Of a stretch of DNA of 32,000 bases, positions 19,278-27,660 are shown in pieces; the stretch's first letter is position 1; each line of letters starts with the position of its first letter. The DNA comes from Opitutia bacterium KCR 482. Lineage in GTDB: Bacteria > Verrucomicrobiota > Verrucomicrobiia > Opitutales > Intestinicryptomonadaceae. Under the pieces are notes generated by a model that had not been told where the DNA came from, did not search any database, and was given only the letters and a program-made list of their open reading frames with translations. Made by a program: the position numbers and the translations under genes. The DNA lies in NCBI GenBank assembly GCA_029269845.2, contig CP149973.1, positions 1,260,001 through 1,292,000 on the forward strand. The letters are read 5' to 3'.

Positions 19278-19311
19278 GCGGAAATCCCACAACTTGGAAT
19301 TTCCGCTTTTT
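19278..19311. terminator. A/T-flanked hairpin, terminator-like in both directions; conserved part of the composite repeat
   Basis: aaaa gcggaaatcc...ggaatttccgc ttttt. A homologous copy sits at 28011-28045. Confidence 0.55.
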
Positions 19312-19312
19312 G

Positions 19313-19655
19313 TACACTCAACTTTTCTCACAAAGCACTCTAAAAATCTTCGTGCGCAAGCACTGTAATTTTAGGCGCGTCAAAATGCCGTTCAGACGGC
19401 GGCTTTCACGCGCTTGCGGGTGCGTGGCGTACGCGGCTTTCCGCAAACATTAGACAACTGACGAAACGCCCCACCCAACTTTTATCCCAAAGCACTCTAA
19501 AAATCTTCCGCGCCGTGCGCTGTAATTTTAGGGGCGTCAAAATGCCCCTATAAGAGTGGCTTTGCGAGTGGCTCAGGGTGCGTGGCGTACTGACGTACGC
19601 GAGCAGTCTGAGACATTCGCGAAACGCTCTTAGAGGGGCGTTTTCACGCCCCGTG
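19313..19655. repeat. Two U-type repeat units: one with a truncated H3 arm and one complete
   Basis: Each unit starts with the box ctaaaaatcttc. Then follow a 4-bp hairpin (gtgc-gcaa-gcac or gcgc-cgt-gcgc), tgtaatttta, hairpin H2 (aggggc-gtcaaaat-gcccct), the box ataagagtggcttt, the long hairpin H3 (19564-19620), gaaacgc, and terminal hairpin H4 ggggcg-ttttca-cgcccc (19634-19651). Confidence 0.85.
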
Positions 19656-20981
19656 TAAAAAGCGGAGGGATATGTAAAGAGTCGATATCGAGAGGGAGAT
19701 TAGAACCACAACTACCCCGTTTTTCAAAAACTGCATGAACGAAATCGGGCAGCCGTGCTTTGCCGCGTTTTCGGAAACTATGACGTTTGCCGCCGCGCCG
19801 ATTAGGGTCATGTTTCCGCCCAAGCACGCGCCGAGCGAGAGACACCACCAGAGCGGGAGGGCGTATTCCGCGCCCATGGAATTGCGGATTTCGGAAATCA
19901 TGGGAGTCATGGTCGCGGTGTAGGGAATGTTGTCAATCACGCCGGAAATCACGCCCGACGCCCACAGAATCATCAGAGCCGTCGCCGACTGCGAGCCGTG
20001 CGTAATTTTCAGAACTTCCTCGGCCATGAGCTTTATGCCGCCCGACGCCTCCAAGCCGCCGACTATTACAAACAGCCCGATGAAGAAGAAAATCGTGTTC
20101 CATTCGACCTCCTTGAAGATGTCGGCGGGCTTTTCGAAAATCAGCAAAATGCTCGCGCCGAAAAGCGCGACGACCGACGTTTCGATTTTGAGAATGCCGT
20201 GGAGCATGAAGCCCGCAATCACAAGAAACAGCACTAGCAGCGAACGCACCGTAAGGCGCATATCGACGATTTTCGAGAACGAGTTGTCGATTTTCGCAAT
20301 CTGCGCCATGCGTTCTGGGGTAGTTTTGAGCGAGTGCCTGAACGCGAACGCAAGAAACAGAACCGTCGCGAAAAATATCGCGAACACGATTCCCGTAAGC
20401 TCTTCGAGAAAATCGACAAACGACAGCCCCGCCGCGCTTCCGATAATGATGTTCGGAGGGTCGCCGATGAGAGTCGCCGTGCCGCCGATGTTCGAGGCGA
20501 AAATTTCGGTAAGCAGAAACGGCACGCAGGGGACGTCGAGCTTTTTGCAAATCGCGAAAGTAATCGGCATGACGAGAATGACGGTCGTTACGTTGTCGAG
20601 AAACGCGCTGACAAGCGCGGTAAAAAGCCCGAGCGAAACCAGAATGAGCACGGGGCGGCCGCGCGTCTTCTTCATGATTGCGTTGGCAAGGTAGGTGAAG
20701 ATTCCGCTGCGGGTCGTGATTGAGACAATAATCATCATCGAAATCAGCAGGAATATGACGTTGAAGTCTATGAAATTTACAAAATAGTTCGGGTTGGGAG
20801 AGCCGTCGGGAAGGGATTTCGTCTGCCCCACAAGCCCCAAGAGAATCGCCAAGCACGCCCCCACGAGAGCCACGACCGATTTCGAAACGATTTCGGCGGC
20901 GATAAACACATACGCCAAAAGCAGCAAGCCCGCCGACACTGCGACGGAATTTGCCGCAACCCAATTCATTAAATCTTCCAT
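19644..20981 (-). CDS. ArsB/NhaD-superfamily (citrate-transporter-like) anion permease
   Basis: Polytopic membrane protein with motifs such as ALVSAFLDNVTTVILVMPI and GVIDNIPYTATM typical of this superfamily. I place the start at MEDLMNW (ATG 20981); the ATG at 20969 is also possible. The upstream part of the track ORF (to 21065) is not hydrophobic and looks non-coding. Confidence 0.78.
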   Translation of the reverse strand: MEDLMNWVAANSVAVSAGLLLLAYVFIAAEIVSKSVVALVGACLAILLGLVGQTKSLPDGSPNPNYFVNFIDFNVIFLLISMMIIVSITTRSGIFTYLANAIMKKTRGRPVLILVSLGLFTALVSAFLDNVTTVILVMPITFAICKKLDVPCVPFLLTEIFASNIGGTATLIGDPPNIIIGSAAGLSFVDFLEELTGIVFAIFFATVLFLAFAFRHSLKTTPERMAQIAKIDNSFSKIVDMRLTVRSLLVLFLVIAGFMLHGILKIETSVVALFGASILLIFEKPADIFKEVEWNTIFFFIGLFVIVGGLEASGGIKLMAEEVLKITHGSQSATALMILWASGVISGVIDNIPYTATMTPMISEIRNSMGAEYALPLWWCLSLGACLGGNMTLIGAAANVIVSENAAKHGCPISFMQFLKNGVVVVLISLSISTLYISLRFLHGA

Positions 20982-21073
20982 ATAAAAAACTGCGATTATG
21001 CGGGAAAATCGTCCGTTTTTATAAATATTGCAATCGAAAAAATTTTGTGAAAAAATGCGCGGCAAAAATCGAA

Positions 21074-21577
21074 ATGGACATGGAAAACAAACCTCTTGTA
21101 AGCATAGTTTTGGGAAGCGTCAGCGACTGGGACACAATGCAGCACTGCGCCGCGACCCTCGAAAAATTCGGAATCCCCTACGAGCGCAACATCGCAAGCG
21201 CGCACCGCACTCCCGCAAAGGCGTGCGAAATAGCGTCCACGGCAATGGAGCGCGGAGTGAAAGTAATTATAGCCGCCGCGGGCGGCGCGGCGCATCTTGC
21301 GGGAGTTCTTGCGGCGCACACGCAGCTGCCCGTGCTTGGAGTGCCCATGAAAGGCTGGGCGACCGACGGAATGGACTCGCTTCTTTCGACGGTTCAAATG
21401 CCGCGCGGAATACCCGTTATGACGCTCGCGATAGGCAAGGCGGGCGCGGTAAACGCGGCTGTGTCGGCGTTGCAGATACTTGCCCTTTCCGACGCCGGCT
21501 ACGCGCAAAAACTCGCCGACTTCCGCAGGAGGCAGACCGAAGAGGTCTTGGCGGCAAAATTCCCCGACGAAAAATAA
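21074..21577 (+). CDS. purE: N5-carboxyaminoimidazole ribonucleotide mutase
   Basis: 167 aa from ATG 21074 (MDMENKPLVSIVLGSVSDW...SAHRTP...AAGGAAHLAGV), the classic PurE signatures. Confidence 0.92.
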   Translation: MDMENKPLVSIVLGSVSDWDTMQHCAATLEKFGIPYERNIASAHRTPAKACEIASTAMERGVKVIIAAAGGAAHLAGVLAAHTQLPVLGVPMKGWATDGMDSLLSTVQMPRGIPVMTLAIGKAGAVNAAVSALQILALSDAGYAQKLADFRRRQTEEVLAAKFPDEK

Positions 21578-22395
21578 TGCCGCAGAAAATCGGATTTCCC
21601 GCAGGAGTGCTCGGCGAAAACCCGCTGAGGCTCGACGTGCTTGCGGCAAACGCGCCGCACTTTGTCGCGCTCGACAAACCCGCAGGCATTTTGCTGGACT
21701 CGTACCTCGGCTCGCCGAAAGGCAAGTCGGTAATGCTCGCCATGCGCGACACGCCCGAAAAGCCCGAATTCAAGCGGCTCGGTATAGTCTCGCCCTACGC
21801 GGTCAACCAAGTCGATTTCGAAATATCGGGCGCGGCGGTGGTCGCGTGCGACAAGGATACGTCGGTAAAAATGCGCAACGCGATGTGGTCGGAGGCTATG
21901 GAATTTCAGTACCTGCTGCTGGCAAAGCCCGTAAAGCCCCTCGAAGACGTCTTCGACGCCGACCTGCCCATTCTCATGCACAAGGAACGCCCTGTGTGGC
22001 TTGTCTCGCACAGATTCGGGAAAAAGGCGCGGACGCGCTTCGAGATAGTCGAAACCGTCGGCGCGTTCCAGCTCTGGCGGGCGACGACGCGCACAGTGCG
22101 CCCGCACCAAATACGCGTGCACGCAAACGAAAACGGGCTGAAAGTAATAGGGGAGCAGCTGTACTCGCGCACGCCGCACGTCTATATGTCCGACCTAAAA
22201 GAGGAACGCTACAAAATAGGCTTCGGCGAAGAGGAGCGTCCGCTCTACCCGCACATTTCAATCCACCTGTCGAAAATAACTTTCGACGGCGCGGAGACGG
22301 GCTGCGACGGGGTCGGGAAAGTCGAGATAAACTCGCCGCTTCCGAAAGGCTTTGCAACGCAGCTCAAACGCCTCGGCTTCAAAACCCGCGCGTAA
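21577..22395 (+). CDS. RluA-family pseudouridine synthase-like protein, divergent
   Basis: Start ATG overlaps the purE stop (TAATG). It has the RPHQIRVH motif and the core fold pattern. The usual HRLD..TSG catalytic block reads NQVDFEISG, so the Asp is retained. There is no S4 domain. Confidence 0.65.
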   Translation: MPQKIGFPAGVLGENPLRLDVLAANAPHFVALDKPAGILLDSYLGSPKGKSVMLAMRDTPEKPEFKRLGIVSPYAVNQVDFEISGAAVVACDKDTSVKMRNAMWSEAMEFQYLLLAKPVKPLEDVFDADLPILMHKERPVWLVSHRFGKKARTRFEIVETVGAFQLWRATTRTVRPHQIRVHANENGLKVIGEQLYSRTPHVYMSDLKEERYKIGFGEEERPLYPHISIHLSKITFDGAETGCDGVGKVEINSPLPKGFATQLKRLGFKTRA

Positions 22396-22400
22396 TTTTT

Positions 22401-22429
22401 TTGACATTCAGGCAAAGCTCCGCAATATT
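22401..22429 (+). promoter_or_regulatory. Sigma70-type promoter candidate placed to give a leaderless or near-leaderless mRNA
   Basis: TTGACA (22401-22406), 17-nt spacer, AATATT (22424-22429). The ATG at 22436 lies 7 nt after the -10 element, and no SD is present. Confidence 0.45.
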
Positions 22430-22435
22430 TTCCGA

Positions 22436-23863
22436 ATGAAAAAGATGTTGCGGAGGTTTCTTATTGCAAATTGTCTAACGCTTGCCCTGTGCGCAAGCGC
22501 AATCGGGGCGGAAAACGCGGATACGCAAAAATACGCGCCCGAAGATTTCAGAAACTATTTCGGGCTTGCGTGGAACTCGACGCCTGCCGAAATTCTGCAA
22601 TACTGCAAAAACGTGGGGCACACATGCGTAATGTACAAGGAAGGCATGGAAAGGAACCCGCTCTCCGACGGCATGACTTTCGTGATTGAAACGCCCGAGT
22701 ACGCGGCGTATCGGCGGACAATCGACCTGTCGAAAAAATACACAAAAGAGGAAATTGCGAAAATCGAAAGCCTCTGCGCAGTCGCCTTTCCCGAAAAGCC
22801 GTTCCCGCAGAACATGGCGACGGGCTGGTTTTTCAACAAAAACCAAGTGAGCATGCAGCTCGACATGCAACAAAAGGCGGTTCACGACATCATAATAAAA
22901 AGGATTTTCGAGCGCGTCGAAAAAATCGAAAAGCGCAACCCCCGCTTCAAATTCGCGGGATTCTCGTGGGACGTTCCGCAGCCCTACGGCGACTTCAACA
23001 TATACGTCGAAAAATCGAAAAACAGAAACAGGCAAACCACCCTCTCCCACTGGACGGGCTTCGACGGAACGCCCGAACGCGCGGGAATCAAGCACGACTA
23101 CCCCACATATTTCGAGGGCTATTTCGAATTCTACCGCGCCCTCATGGAACGCGCCCGCGCGAAAAATCCGCAGGCGAAATTCATAGTAGAGCCCTACGAC
23201 ATCTACCACGACTGGATTAGACACGCCGAAAGCGAATTCATAAAATCGAAGGGCGCGGACGCAAAAAAATACATGCCCGACTTCATCTGGGCGGAGGGGC
23301 GCGGAACGGCTTTTGTCAACGACGCCCGAATCTTCAAGTCGGGACTGTTCACAAAGCGCGACGTGGGGAACTCGTGCCCCGCCGAATTTGCCGAGCAAAA
23401 AGTGCGCGCAACGGCGTCAGCCGCCGCAAAGGCCGGCGCGTGGACCGCGTTCTTTGGACGCTACGGCGGCTACAACACCGCCCCGCACGCAAAATCGATA
23501 CGCGACATCGCCGCCCGCGTGAAGCTCGCAAAGCTTATCCCCGTGTGGGAGAACCTCAACAACACGCCGCTTTCGGAAAGAAAACTCGAAAACGGAGTCT
23601 ACCAAAGCCCGACCGCGCACATGTCCGCCGACGCGTACTCTGCGGTGCGTCCGCAGGGCGACGGCATGTTCTTTGTGTTCATTACCGACAACGGCTCGGT
23701 AAAAATTCCGCAGGGCAAAAAGCTCGACAAGGTCGTGTACCTCGACGGAATTTTCGGAGAATGCGGAGTCGTGCCGAAGGGCATTCTCAAAAACGCGGAC
23801 GGGGCAATCTACCCGATAACGGGAGGTCTTGCGGGGCAGGCGTTCTGGGCGAAATTCAAATAA
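22436..23863 (+). CDS. Secreted protein of unknown function, possibly a carbohydrate-active enzyme
   Basis: 475 aa from MKKMLRRFLIANCLTLALCASAIGA (signal peptide). The composition is non-repetitive and globular, not a shadow frame. I recognise no family motif. Confidence 0.7.
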   Translation: MKKMLRRFLIANCLTLALCASAIGAENADTQKYAPEDFRNYFGLAWNSTPAEILQYCKNVGHTCVMYKEGMERNPLSDGMTFVIETPEYAAYRRTIDLSKKYTKEEIAKIESLCAVAFPEKPFPQNMATGWFFNKNQVSMQLDMQQKAVHDIIIKRIFERVEKIEKRNPRFKFAGFSWDVPQPYGDFNIYVEKSKNRNRQTTLSHWTGFDGTPERAGIKHDYPTYFEGYFEFYRALMERARAKNPQAKFIVEPYDIYHDWIRHAESEFIKSKGADAKKYMPDFIWAEGRGTAFVNDARIFKSGLFTKRDVGNSCPAEFAEQKVRATASAAAKAGAWTAFFGRYGGYNTAPHAKSIRDIAARVKLAKLIPVWENLNNTPLSERKLENGVYQSPTAHMSADAYSAVRPQGDGMFFVFITDNGSVKIPQGKKLDKVVYLDGIFGECGVVPKGILKNADGAIYPITGGLAGQAFWAKFK

Positions 23864-23944
23864 ACGCGCTTGACCCGCAAACGCGGCGCATTATTTTACT
23901 CAAATTTGACACAATCAATATATAGATAGAAGGAGAAAACATAC

Positions 23945-25606
23945 ATGACAAGACTCACCCTTGCAACGTTCTGCGCCGCAACGGCAATGCTGTCGTTCGG
24001 CTGCGCGTCGAGACCCGACGTTTCGAAAGTCGGCGACAACCGCGTGGAATACAAATTTGAGGACAACAAAAAGCCTCTCGTAAACCCCGGAATGGGCTGG
24101 GTGCACCACTACTATTCGGGCAGAACGGGCAACTACGGCTACTACCTGAAACCGTCCGACTCTCTCGACTGGTTTCCGGGGGCAAACGTGCAGTACATGC
24201 GCATTCCTTGGGCTTTCGTAGAACCCAAAGAGGGAGAATACAACTGGTCGGTTTTCGACACGCCCGCGCAACGCTATGTGCAAAGCGGCAAACAGTTCGC
24301 AATCCGCATAAACTGCTGCGAACACTGGATTCCGTGGGCGACACCCAAGTGGCTTAAAGACAAGGGCTGCAAAGGCGTACAGTTCACAGTCCGCCGCGGG
24401 CCCGACCCCAACGGCGCATGCTGGGAGCCCGACTACCTCGACCCCATTTATCTCGAACACCTCGAACGCCTCATAAAGAACCTCGCCGCCCGCTACGACG
24501 GCGACCCGAACATTGCGTTTATCGACATCGGCACTTTCGGACTCTGGGGCGAAGGCCACACGGGCGCAAGCAGCAGGCTTCCCCGCGACGTGCAAATAAA
24601 GGCGGTCAAGCTGCAAATCGACATCTACACGAAATACTTCAAAAAGACGCAACTCTGCATTAGCGACGACGTTGACGGCTGGAAGGAACAGGAAAAATTC
24701 CCCGTGCTCGACTACGCCCGCGCAAAGGGCGTCTCGCTCCGCGACGACTCGATTTTGGTTGACATTCCCGAAGCCCCGAACCCCAACAAAAAGGGGCACA
24801 AAAAGGCGTCGTGGTACCACGACGGACTCGCGGGAAAATACTGGCCGACAATGCCCGTAATCGTCGAACACGAGCACTACGGACTTTCAAAAGCCCGCGG
24901 CGCGTGGAAGGGCGAATGGCTCGAAAACAGCGTGGAAGCCTACCACTGCTCTTTCCTCTCAATCCACTGGTGGCCCGAACAGTTCTACAAGGAAAACAGG
25001 GAGTCAATCGAACGCATCAATTTGAGACTCGGATACAGACTCAATTTGAAGTCGCTCGAAATGCCGAAGTCGGTTGAAATCGGCGAACGCTTCCCCGTGC
25101 GCTTCGCGTGGGCAAACGTGGGCGTCGCGCCGTTCTACGCGGGCGGATACGCGACAATCACAATCAAGGACAAAAAAGGCGGCATAGTGGCGGTTCTCGT
25201 TGACGACACACTGAACCTCTCGACACTCCCCGTGGAGGAAAAGGGCAAAGAAAAAGTCGTTTCGAGCACAAAGACATTCAATATCGGCTTCCTCAACCCC
25301 AAGGAATTCTTCAACGAATTTACGCTCAATATGGAAAAGCGCGACGGCGCGGAATTCTACGGCGCGCCCGTAGTTCCCGCAACAAAGGCGGGCAAGTACG
25401 ACGTCTACGTCTCGGTGGGCATGCGCGACGGCACTCCGCAAATCGCGCTTCCGCTCGACCTGCCGACGGACGGACACAAACGCTATAAAATCGGAACAAT
25501 CCGCGTGAAAGAGCCGAGCGTCCCAGGGGTTGAAATCAAGACGCCCGAAAACGCGCCGCTCTCAACGATGGACTACGACGCCAGCGGCAAAAAATTCAAG
25601 TGGTAA
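23945..25606 (+). CDS. DUF4832/DUF4874-like putative glycoside hydrolase, lipoprotein
   Basis: AAGGAG SD. MTRLTLATFCAATAMLSFGCAS signal. NPGMGWVHHYY, GTFGLWGEGH and VIVEHEHYG resemble the TIM-barrel DUF4874/DUF4832 family as I recall it. Confidence 0.7.
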   Translation: MTRLTLATFCAATAMLSFGCASRPDVSKVGDNRVEYKFEDNKKPLVNPGMGWVHHYYSGRTGNYGYYLKPSDSLDWFPGANVQYMRIPWAFVEPKEGEYNWSVFDTPAQRYVQSGKQFAIRINCCEHWIPWATPKWLKDKGCKGVQFTVRRGPDPNGACWEPDYLDPIYLEHLERLIKNLAARYDGDPNIAFIDIGTFGLWGEGHTGASSRLPRDVQIKAVKLQIDIYTKYFKKTQLCISDDVDGWKEQEKFPVLDYARAKGVSLRDDSILVDIPEAPNPNKKGHKKASWYHDGLAGKYWPTMPVIVEHEHYGLSKARGAWKGEWLENSVEAYHCSFLSIHWWPEQFYKENRESIERINLRLGYRLNLKSLEMPKSVEIGERFPVRFAWANVGVAPFYAGGYATITIKDKKGGIVAVLVDDTLNLSTLPVEEKGKEKVVSSTKTFNIGFLNPKEFFNEFTLNMEKRDGAEFYGAPVVPATKAGKYDVYVSVGMRDGTPQIALPLDLPTDGHKRYKIGTIRVKEPSVPGVEIKTPENAPLSTMDYDASGKKFKW

Positions 25607-25651
25607 ACCCCGCCGCGCAAACAACACAACGCGCGACAAATAAAAACACAA

Positions 25652-25685
25652 ACCGCACTCCCAACGGAGCGCGGTTTTTTGTTTT
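25652..25685 (+). terminator. Rho-independent terminator after the DUF4832-like gene
   Basis: accgcactcc-caac-ggagcgcggt (10-bp stem with one A-C mismatch) followed by tttttt. Confidence 0.8.
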
Positions 25686-25743
25686 GAGAAAACGCCAGAG
25701 AGAAACAGCCCCTTTAGTGTTTTGCCTTTTCATAAAGCTAATA

Positions 25744-25909
25744 CACAAAAAATGCGGAAGCATTTTTTAAGAAAACGGCAATCCGCATACTAATCTAAAA
25801 AACTTCATGCGCGGCTGTGCGCGGGGAGACAGGCGGAAATTTTCGCGGTAGCGAAAACCGCCTTTTGGGGGCGGCAGCCCCCTCTGCGGCGTGCAGGCTC
25901 CAGCCTGCC
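25744..25909. repeat. R-type repeat, copy 1 (166 bp)
   Basis: Near-identical to 26018-26185. Contains the palindrome aaaaaatgc-ggaa-gcatttttt, the box ctaaaaaacttc, hairpin ggcgg..ttttcgc-ggta-gcgaaaa-ccgcc followed by tttt, hairpin gggggc-ggca-gccccc, and hairpin gcaggct-cc-agcctgc. The U-family box ataagagtggc follows at 25915-25925. Confidence 0.9.
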
Positions 25910-26017
25910 CCCAAGATAAGAGTGGCGCGGCTCGCGCCCAGATTCACAAGCCAAATCGGCACTTGGGCTATCCGCTAAGCCTCCGCTTATTCGTAAAACT
26001 TCCGCAAACCGCCAAGC

Positions 26018-26185
26018 CACAAAAAATGCGGACGCATTTTTTCAAAACGGCTATCCGCATACTAATCTAAAAAACTCCATGCGCGGCAGCTGTGCGCGGG
26101 GGGACAGGCGGGAATTTTCGCGGTAGCGAAAACCGCCTTTTGGGGGCGGTAGCCCCCTCTGTCGGCGTGCAGGCTCCAGCCTGCC
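26018..26185. repeat. R-type repeat, copy 2 (168 bp)
   Basis: Direct repeat of 25744-25909 with a 274-bp period. It differs by a few substitutions and by indels of 2, 3 and 1 nt. All hairpin stems are preserved; the changes fall in loops and linkers. Confidence 0.9.
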
Positions 26186-26224
26186 GCGCTGCTTAGGCTT
26201 GTCAAGCTGAACGAAGAAATGCGG

Positions 26225-26290
26225 CTTTGCGTAGCGAGGCGCAGGGAGCGTACTAACGTACGTGACCAAGCCGCAGCAAGCGAAACGCAT
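26225..26290. repeat. Degenerate H3-module remnant
   Basis: ggctttgcgtagcgaggcgcagggagcgtactaacgtacgtgacc...gcgaaacgc keeps the core cgtac-taac-gtacg and the flanking boxes ggctttgcg and gaaacgc, but the outer arms no longer pair. Confidence 0.6.
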
Positions 26291-26333
26291 TTATCCGTCA
26301 GCTTCACAAGCCCAAAAAAAGCTTGGGCAATGT

Positions 26334-27389
26334 CTAACCCTCGGAATCTTCTTCGCCGAGAGTCATGCCGCCGACGACCGTGGTGTTGCCCTCAATCGCC
26401 GCGCGTATCTTGTCGCAAACTTCGGGGTGCTGCATGAGGTACGCTTTCGCCGCCTCGCGCCCCTGCCCGATAAGCTCGCCGTCGTAGGAAATCCACGCGC
26501 CTTTCTTTTCGAGAATCTTCTGCTCAATGCCGAGGTCAATAAGGCTGCCCGTCTTGGAAATGCCTTCGTCGTACATAATGTCGAATTCGCATTCGGTAAA
26601 CGGCGGCGCAACCTTGTTTTTGACGACCTTGATTTTCGTGCGATTGCCCACAACCTTGCCCGACGGGTCTTTAATCTGCCCGATTCTGCGAATGTCGATG
26701 CGCACCGACGCAAAGAATTTCAGGGCGCGTCCGCCGGGGGTTGTTTCGGGGTTGCCGAACATCACCCCGATTTTCTCGCGGATTTGGTTTGTGAAGACGC
26801 AGATGCACTTGGTCTTGCTGATTGCCGCGGTGAGGCGGCGCATTGCCTGACTCATCATGCGCGCCTGCAAGCCCACGGTAGTGTCGCCCATCTGGCCTTC
26901 AAGCTCCTGACGCGAAACGAGCGCGGCGACGGAGTCTATCACAACGACGTCGATTGCGCCCGAACGGATAAGGGTTTCGGCGATGTTGAGGGCGTCCTCT
27001 CCGCATTCGGGCTGGGAAACCATGAGGTTTTCGAGATTGACGCCAACGACTTTCGCGTACTTGGGGTCGAGAGCGTGCTCGACGTCGATGAACACCGCGT
27101 TGCCGCCCCTTCGCTGCGCCTCTGCTATGAGCGAAAGACAGAGAGTGGTTTTTCCCGAAGATTCGGGCCCGTAAATTTCGACGATTCTGCCGCGCGGAAG
27201 CCCGCCGACGCCAAGCGCGAGGTCTATCGCTATCGAGCCCGTGCTTATGGTTTCGACATTCATCTTGAACGCTTCGCCGAGCCTGATGAGCGAGCCTTCC
27301 CCGAACTGCTTGTTTACCATGCCTAAGGCGGTTTCGAGAGCCTTGTCGTCCTTGTTTATAATAGTTATTGGTATTTTCTGTTTTGCCAT
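26334..27389 (-). CDS. recA: Recombinase RecA
   Basis: 351 aa. Walker A motif GPESSGKTT, plus [55 protein letters not shown]. Confidence 0.97.
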   Translation of the reverse strand: MAKQKIPITIINKDDKALETALGMVNKQFGEGSLIRLGEAFKMNVETISTGSIAIDLALGVGGLPRGRIVEIYGPESSGKTTLCLSLIAEAQRRGGNAVFIDVEHALDPKYAKVVGVNLENLMVSQPECGEDALNIAETLIRSGAIDVVVIDSVAALVSRQELEGQMGDTTVGLQARMMSQAMRRLTAAISKTKCICVFTNQIREKIGVMFGNPETTPGGRALKFFASVRIDIRRIGQIKDPSGKVVGNRTKIKVVKNKVAPPFTECEFDIMYDEGISKTGSLIDLGIEQKILEKKGAWISYDGELIGQGREAAKAYLMQHPEVCDKIRAAIEGNTTVVGGMTLGEEDSEG

Positions 27390-27579
27390 AATGTTATAAA
27401 TCCTGCTAAGATAAAAGGCGCAAAGCCTTAAAATTTAATCCGCAGGCAACCCTATTTAAAAAGCCGCAACGTGTCCACAAAAATGTTGATTAAAATTTTT
27501 TCTTGCAAGTCGGCGGGCGATGCGCATTAATTGTCGGCTTAAACGAGGAGACGCCGACGCATTCGGCGGCAACCCCGAT

Positions 27580-27655
27580 GGGGGCGTAGCTCAGCGGATA
27601 GAGCAGCGGTTTTCTAAACCGTTGGTCGAGGGTTCGAGTCCCCCCGCCCCTGCCA
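27580..27655 (+). tRNA. tRNA-Arg (anticodon TCT), CCA encoded
   Basis: Cloverleaf folded by hand. Acceptor gggggcg/cgcccct (one G-U pair), D arm gctc...gagc, anticodon stem gcggt/accgt with loop tttctaa (TCT at 27613-27615), T arm gaggg-ttcgagt-ccccc, discriminator g, then cca. Total 76 nt. Confidence 0.9.
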
Positions 27656-27660
27656 TTTAA

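Noticed and set aside
27390-27480. LexA/SOS box upstream of recA
   Set aside because: I did not find a CTGT-N8-ACAG or GAAC-N4-GTTC type palindrome. Only a small hairpin aaggc-gcaaa-gcctt is present. The SOS-box consensus for this lineage is unknown to me.
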